Assembly: GCA_035084275.1 (NCBI GenBank)
Contig: CM068750.1
Span: 5,208,001-5,272,000 of the forward strand
Source: Hydrolagus colliei
Lineage: Eukaryota
DNA length: 64,000 bases
Reading direction: 5' to 3'
The position numbers and the translations under genes are program-made. The notes beneath the pieces were generated by a model that saw nothing but the letters and a program-made list of their open reading frames with translations, made no database searches and was not told where the DNA came from. Of this stretch, positions 59,301 through 64,000 are shown piece by piece (positions within the stretch are counted from its first letter, which is position 1; each line of letters starts with the position of its first letter).

Positions 59301-60793
59301 GTAATGCATCGTAAACTAAAATACACTAATAGTAATAATTATTTGGTTACTCAATCCAGGACTGTTTGTGGAAACTGCTGTGTGCAGTTTGCTGCAACAT
59401 TTCAACCACAACATATTCAGTCAAACCATTTAACAGTATATTCGTTGAAGAGCTTTGACACGTCTCAAAGACTTGATAAAGCATTACAGTAAAAGCCCAT
59501 TTATCCGGTACCCTCGGGACCTGGCCGAATACCGGTTAAAGCGCCTGCCAGATATTCGTCCAAAAACAAAACTTTTTTTTTCTTCAAAGCATTTTTCAAG
59601 ATAAATTCCAGTTAATCGAATGCGCACTTTTTTTGCGATGCCGGTTATATGGAAGTTTCGGTTGATTGGGTGCTGGATTAATGGGCTTTTACTGCAGATC
59701 AAATGCTAGTATTATTATTAAACTATAGATTATCAAGGAGGAGTTGGAGAGAGAGAAAAGGTCAGCATGTTAAAAATTAGGTTCTGTACGACATCTAGTA
59801 GATTGATGTTGTTGGGAGGGGGGCAGGCAGTTTAAAGATTTTCCTTCAATATTTTTACACTCAAACTATATATTCATTCAACCGGAATCAGTTTATGGTG
59901 CTCCAACACATTGCTAAAATGCACTCTTTTTGTATACATTGAGAGATTCCCTCGTCCATGCAACTCCTCATCCATTGTTAAAAGTGAGGCTAACCATTTC
60001 CTGACTTGCTCCAAAGCGACTGGGAAAGCTGATCACTGGAAGAGCAACCTATGACTCCCACTCTCGCAAACTGTTTCTTCTTCCTTCCTTTTCAGGAAGC
60101 ACCTTTCTCTCCACTTAGTGACCATCTACTAGTGTGACAGAATCCATCACTATGCTTTAAAATATCCAAACCAGACATAGATCCACGCATGTTTTCCACT
60201 TACACATGGTACTTGTGGGACGACAGAGAAAGAAAATCACTAGGAACATAAATTTAAGGAATTTTGCCAAGCCATTCACTTACTGCCAAAATTCAACCAA
60301 AACATGCTGAACTCATTTTTAAATCAATCTGTTGTGGCAACAGGAGTTTAATCTGTAAGCCAAAAACAAGGGAAGCTCTGTCTGTGGGCATTGAGACACT
60401 GATTTGAGCCCACTTGTTCCTACACTACAAATTCAATATCTCAACCAGGCTCACAGGGAAAGAAAGGGAATATAATGTGAATTAACTTTAATTGTTTTGA
60501 AGTGTACTAAAACAGTTTATTGCAAATTACGATGGTGTCTGAACAGGTTGTACATCCATTCACTTAAATGGCAGAATGTATACGAGAAAGACCAAAGAGA
60601 CGCTTTAAAAAAAAACTAGACCTTTTTCACTAGAGTACATGAAGCTAATAAACTTATTACTCATTTTAAAAAATAAATGAAAATTTCCTACCTTGGCTAC
60701 CAACATTTGTTGCTGAGCTTCTATCTGATGCTGCTGTCTGGCTGCCATTTCTTGCAGTTCTGAAAGCGTCAGCTCCACCCGAGGATTCCCACT
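47315..60793 (-). CDS. PPP1R13B: Apoptosis-stimulating of p53 protein 1 (ASPP1), 3' part; N-terminal exons not identified in the window
   Basis: Exons 60793-60692, 58252-58078, 57835-57639, 56860-56696, 56260-56062, [55468-55319], 52811-52636, 52114-51589, 51484-50736, 50353-50216, 50086-49953, 49756-49590, 48711-48512, 47356-47315. Coiled coil, Pro-rich region, RVKF PP1 motif, ankyrin repeats, SH3, [13 protein letters not shown]. Paralogue assigned by synteny with ZFYVE21/XRCC3/KLC1. Confidence 0.94.
48512..48711 (-). CDS. PPP1R13B: ASPP1 SH3 exon (G)[20 protein letters not shown]...PRNLLG
   Basis: AATAG acceptor, GTAAAT donor, 200 nt. Confidence 0.96.
49590..49756 (-). CDS. PPP1R13B: ASPP1 ankyrin exon [24 protein letters not shown]...SQFLY
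   Basis: TGAAG acceptor, GTATGT donor, 167 nt. Confidence 0.94.
49953..50086 (-). CDS. PPP1R13B: ASPP1 ankyrin exon [23 protein letters not shown]...DSDGW
   Basis: ACCAG acceptor, GTAAGC donor, 134 nt. Confidence 0.95.
50216..50353 (-). CDS. PPP1R13B: ASPP1 exon [10 protein letters not shown]...[29 protein letters not shown]
   Basis: CTTAG acceptor, GTATGC donor, 138 nt; RVxF motif. Confidence 0.95.
50736..51484 (-). CDS. PPP1R13B: ASPP1 large exon [10 protein letters not shown]...[31 protein letters not shown]...PFPV
   Basis: TGCAG acceptor, GTAAGT donor, 749 nt. Confidence 0.95.
51589..52114 (-). CDS. PPP1R13B: ASPP1 Pro/Ser-rich exon [10 protein letters not shown]...[25 protein letters not shown]...KA
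   Basis: TTCAG acceptor, GTAAGT donor, 526 nt. Confidence 0.93.
52636..52811 (-). CDS. PPP1R13B: ASPP1 exon (A)[11 protein letters not shown]...NEKMV
   Basis: ATCAG acceptor, GTAGGT donor, 176 nt. Confidence 0.9.
55319..55468 (-). CDS. PPP1R13B: Candidate ASPP1 in-frame cassette exon (D)[23 protein letters not shown]...DKLH
   Basis: AG acceptor (second AG 6 nt upstream), GTGAGT donor, 150 nt, phase 1-1, stop-free in the correct frame. Confidence 0.6.
55639..55894. mobile_element. Possible older Tigger-like MITE
   Basis: Imperfect TIR cores CCTCGCTTAAC / GTTAAACGAGG, TA at right end, local CpG enrichment. Confidence 0.45.
56062..56260 (-). CDS. PPP1R13B: ASPP1 exon [11 protein letters not shown]...[12 protein letters not shown]...KKS
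   Basis: TCCAG acceptor, GTAAGT donor, 199 nt. Confidence 0.93.
56696..56860 (-). CDS. PPP1R13B: ASPP1 exon [27 protein letters not shown]...KENIP
   Basis: CTTAG acceptor, GTAAGT donor, 165 nt. Confidence 0.93.
57639..57835 (-). CDS. PPP1R13B: ASPP1 exon (S)[18 protein letters not shown]...LYQELQ
   Basis: TAG|CAG tandem acceptor, GTGAAG donor, 197 nt. Confidence 0.92.
58078..58252 (-). CDS. PPP1R13B: ASPP1 exon [14 protein letters not shown]...NGNL
   Basis: AAAG acceptor, GTGAGT donor, 175 nt. Confidence 0.93.
59487..59694 (-). mobile_element. Related Tc1/mariner MITE, 208 bp, inserted in a SINE tail
   Basis: TIRs CAGTAAAAGCCCATTTATCC / GGATTAATGGGCTTTTACTG; TA left flank, CA right flank; SINE sequence resumes after it. 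Confidence 0.8.
60692..60793 (-). CDS. PPP1R13B: ASPP1 exon [34 protein letters not shown]
   Basis: TACAG acceptor, GTAGGA donor, 102 nt. Confidence 0.94.
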
Positions 60794-60944
60794 CTGTAAA
60801 GAAAGGAAAGTTGGAACTATGGGGTCAGTGGGTATTTTGCAAGATTTTCCATTTTTAATCCTTAAAAGGTGGCACCTGATTTTATTTATATTTAATGTAA
60901 CAATAAAATCCACACTGGATTAACTAATCACCAAATTAGCCAAC

Positions 60945-61100
60945 TGTGGCAACTCCCTCCTTGTCAGCCTCCCCAACTCTTCCCTCCACAAACTGCTGAT
61001 CGTTCAAAACTCTGCAGCTCGTGTCCTCTCCCACACCAGCTCCTGCCAAGGCTCCTGTTCTACATCTTTACCACATTACGTGGCTCGGTTCCTGCATTGT
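60945..61100 (+). mobile_element. Decayed L2 ORF2 fragment
   Basis: Translates NSLLVSLPNSSLHKLLIVQNSAARVLSHT, like the L2 motif NSLLxGLP...KLQxVQNxAAR. Confidence 0.7.
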
Positions 61101-62122
61101 TGAATAATCACTATATTATATAGTACAGTCACACACCACCCCCCCACCCTACCCATTACCGGAAAGATATCCAGCAAAGCAGCGACCCAATCTATACCTA
61201 GTCTTAGTATCTAGTAAACCACTCTGCAACCAGCAAATACAGCATAAGGTTAAGGAAATTAATGTACATCTTCTAAAGGTATTCTGATGAAGGGATGATA
61301 CGGAAATGTTAAATCTTAAGATTCTGACTGACTTATGTTTCATTTTGAGTACTTCAGTTTTTCTTATATAACCTCAATCTATATCTGAAGCACCCTAGGT
61401 TATTTCATCCTGTGTTTCATCCTTTAACAAGCAACCAACAGTCCAACAGTTCTTGGAAGGGAGCCAATCCTTAATTTCTCTTTCAAATGCAAATGTTGAA
61501 CCTTAATCTCAGTCATGCTCAACCAAGCCATCCAGCTCTGAGACTGGGTCACACAAGAAACAAACAAGCTCTTTCAGATATTGATTAATATGGTGTCTAT
61601 TTCCAACATTTTCTGTCTGCAATTGAATTCTCGCATTCAAAAATTGCAATCTAAAGATTTACTAGCATCTTGGAATTGCTCTGTCAATCAGGTACATGGA
61701 GAGAGATTATAAGGTTGCTAACATCATCTGATGACAATTTCTTATATGATAATTTAGATGAAACAGACATAATTGAAACTTGACTACAAAACTGATTATA
61801 ATGAACTTCAGAGATATTTAAATCGTCATGTTAATTGAAGGTCACAGATTAGCCCTAAATTGTCCATCACTTTAGTTAGTACCACATTCATTTTTTGATA
61901 TCCAAGCAGAATATCACTACTGTTTTCCCTTCCCCTTCACCTCCCATTCCATGTGATTATATTAAAGTGACAAGCAAACAAAGTCTGTTGATGACAAAAT
62001 GCAGGTCAGGAGTTTACTTTTCAAACTTTCAATTCTGCATTGAAACTAATTGTTTTCATCGCAATAGATTAAATCAAACAGAAATCTAGATGCTGGATAT
62101 AACACTTAGTATCCTTGCATAT

Positions 62123-62625
62123 TAGTATCCCGCACCCGCCTCCGTGACCACATAACTCCCACCCTCGCCCGTCTCCACTGGCTCCCCATCCTCCAGAGGA
62201 TCGAATTTAAGATCCTCGTCCTCACCTACAAGGCCTTACACGGCCTTGCCCCATCCTACCTAACCGATCTACTCTCCCCCTACACGCCCACCCGGACCCT
62301 CCGTTCAACAGGACTTGGCCTGCTCCAAGCCCCCCGCCCCACCATCGGAGGCCAGGCCTTCAGTTTCTCCGCTCCCACCTTATGGAATGCCATCCCTCAA
62401 TCCCTCCGTTTCGCCTCTTCCCTTTCCTCTTTCAAGGCCGATTTGAAGACTTTCCTCTTCGATCGTGCCTTTTGTTCCACCCCGAACTCTTTTACCTCCC
62501 CTTCGTGTTTCACTCCTTCCCAAATACTCCCCTCCCAGCTCGGGTCGCACGCCTCTTGTTCAGCGCCTTGGGACGTCCTCCCGACGTGAAAGGCGCTCTA
62601 TAAATGTAAATTGTTGTTGTTGTTG
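62123..62625 (+). mobile_element. 5'-truncated L2-clade LINE (ORF2 C-terminus, 3' stem-loop and (TTG)n tail)
   Basis: Open frame RTRLRDHITPTLARLHWLPILQRIEFKILVLTYKALHGLAPSYL...APTLWNAIP...SFKADLKTFLF; tail AGCGCCTTGGGACGTC...GACGTGAAAGGCGCT, then (TTG)n; candidate TSD TTGCATAT. Confidence 0.9.
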
Positions 62626-64000
62626 CATATACCAAACCTTTCCTCTTGTGTGCACAAAATGAAGATAGTAACAAAGCAAAAAAAACATAAGTATACTCCA
62701 TGAAGACCTCCCTGCTACCCCCCCACCCCAATTAGTGGACTCTGACTCAATCAGATGGTATAAGCTGTTTAAATGTTCAATTGCATGCATGTAATCACTG
62801 GGTAAAGAATGTGTCAGTCTCTACAGAAAAGCTTCTTTGCAACTTGAAAAAATGGTTATTTGTTCCAGGACTCTGGCACAGACTAAGCAACATAAACATA
62901 AGCTTTTTCTGAAATCCACAAATTGATTTGCTTCCAACTGGATATTATATATTTTACCATTCTCCAGTTTAAAGCAATAGTCCAGGTCAAAGTAATTTGA
63001 TGATTTAAACGTACAAACTCTTTACAAGAGATTTCACATACATATTCTGTGAATTTGTAACAATGATTATGAAAGAATCAGATCTGTAAAGAGCTATAAA
63101 AACACGTTTCCTATCCATAAATAGAAAGAGCAGGTACAGTAGTCCAATACATGTGATTTATTTTAATCCACAAATGGTTCAACAGATCATTTAGATTAGT
63201 TATGTGTGGTTTAACACTAACATATAATCACATGACTGAATCATATTTTATGCTTTCTGATTTAAATTATTTTGTTTATACAATTTTTTTAAAAAACAGA
63301 AAGCTTTTAGTAAGATGCACTTCACCCATTTCATCAAACACCACTGTATTTTTCCTCATTCTTTCTGTTTAGATAACAGAACCATTAAAAAAAACATTTA
63401 TTTACTGTCACAAGTGCTTCAGTCATTTTCCTCATGACACACATTTGCTCTGCTTTGAGGAAAACAAATAAAATTTAATTTGCTGCCATGGCACATAAGT
63501 GTTTTGAAATTACAGAGAAAGACAAATATATAATCCAAAATTCAGGTAGATCACTAGTATTCAAAATACTAGTGATCACTTTTAAATAACATATTGCAAT
63601 ATTAACTGTAGACCCTTTAAGCCACAGTGAATAACATTAAGAGTGGAATCCTGGGGAACTATTTACACAATTACTGCCAGCACTGATAATGCTGCCAGTA
63701 CATGATGTCCTGGTATGCATTGCCAATGAGGTCATTTGACAGCCAACTGTCGCATTCTGGAGTAGAAGATAAAGCCGTTGGAATTTTACTACCGATTGTC
63801 CAGTGAGAAAAATATAAGTCAGTGGTAGTAATAAAAGTTCATAAAGCAAACTAATATCAAATTTCAAACTAATTTTGACCCAAATAAGCCACCAATAAAA
63901 AGTACAATTAATAAGTAACTATATTCCTAATAAGTAACATTTTTGCAGAAGCAAACAAAAGCAAACATGCCAAGGACATTTGATTAAATGGTTTACTTGT

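Noticed and set aside
47315-60793. Calling the gene TP53BP2 (ASPP2)
   Set aside because: Synteny with ZFYVE21-XRCC3-KLC1 and motifs such as [21 protein letters not shown] and [17 protein letters not shown] fit PPP1R13B better overall.
61149-61230. Possible upstream ASPP1 exon ending SGNG
   Set aside because: Donor phase is incompatible with exon 60793-60692 and the peptide does not resemble the expected exon.

Overview
Vertebrate genomic DNA. The repeat content (CR1 and L2 3' ends, tRNA-derived SINEs, an LF-SINE-like copy) suggests a cartilaginous fish, possibly a chimaera; this is inference. The window holds the syntenic block KLC1(+, 3' half) -> <- XRCC3(-, complete, 7 coding exons, 356 aa) <-> ZFYVE21(+, complete, 230/248 aa) -> <- PPP1R13B/ASPP1(-, 3' part), the same order as human 14q32.33. 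Exons were read by hand from splice signals, frame continuity and recalled similarity to orthologues. Non-coding highlights are two young non-autonomous hAT elements (8-bp TSDs, internal C-rich minisatellite, NRF1/YY1 motifs), two related Tc1/mariner-type MITEs (one nested in a SINE), a young truncated L2, a hairpin built from two inverted L2 tails, a GC-AG intron, candidate alternative exons (KLC1 5-nt microexon and Ala-stop exon; 150-nt ASPP1 cassette), a ~500-bp bidirectional promoter, and back-to-back poly(A) signals at both convergent gene junctions. I found no evidence for a wholly new protein-coding system; the long Pro-rich ORFs are repeat artefacts.
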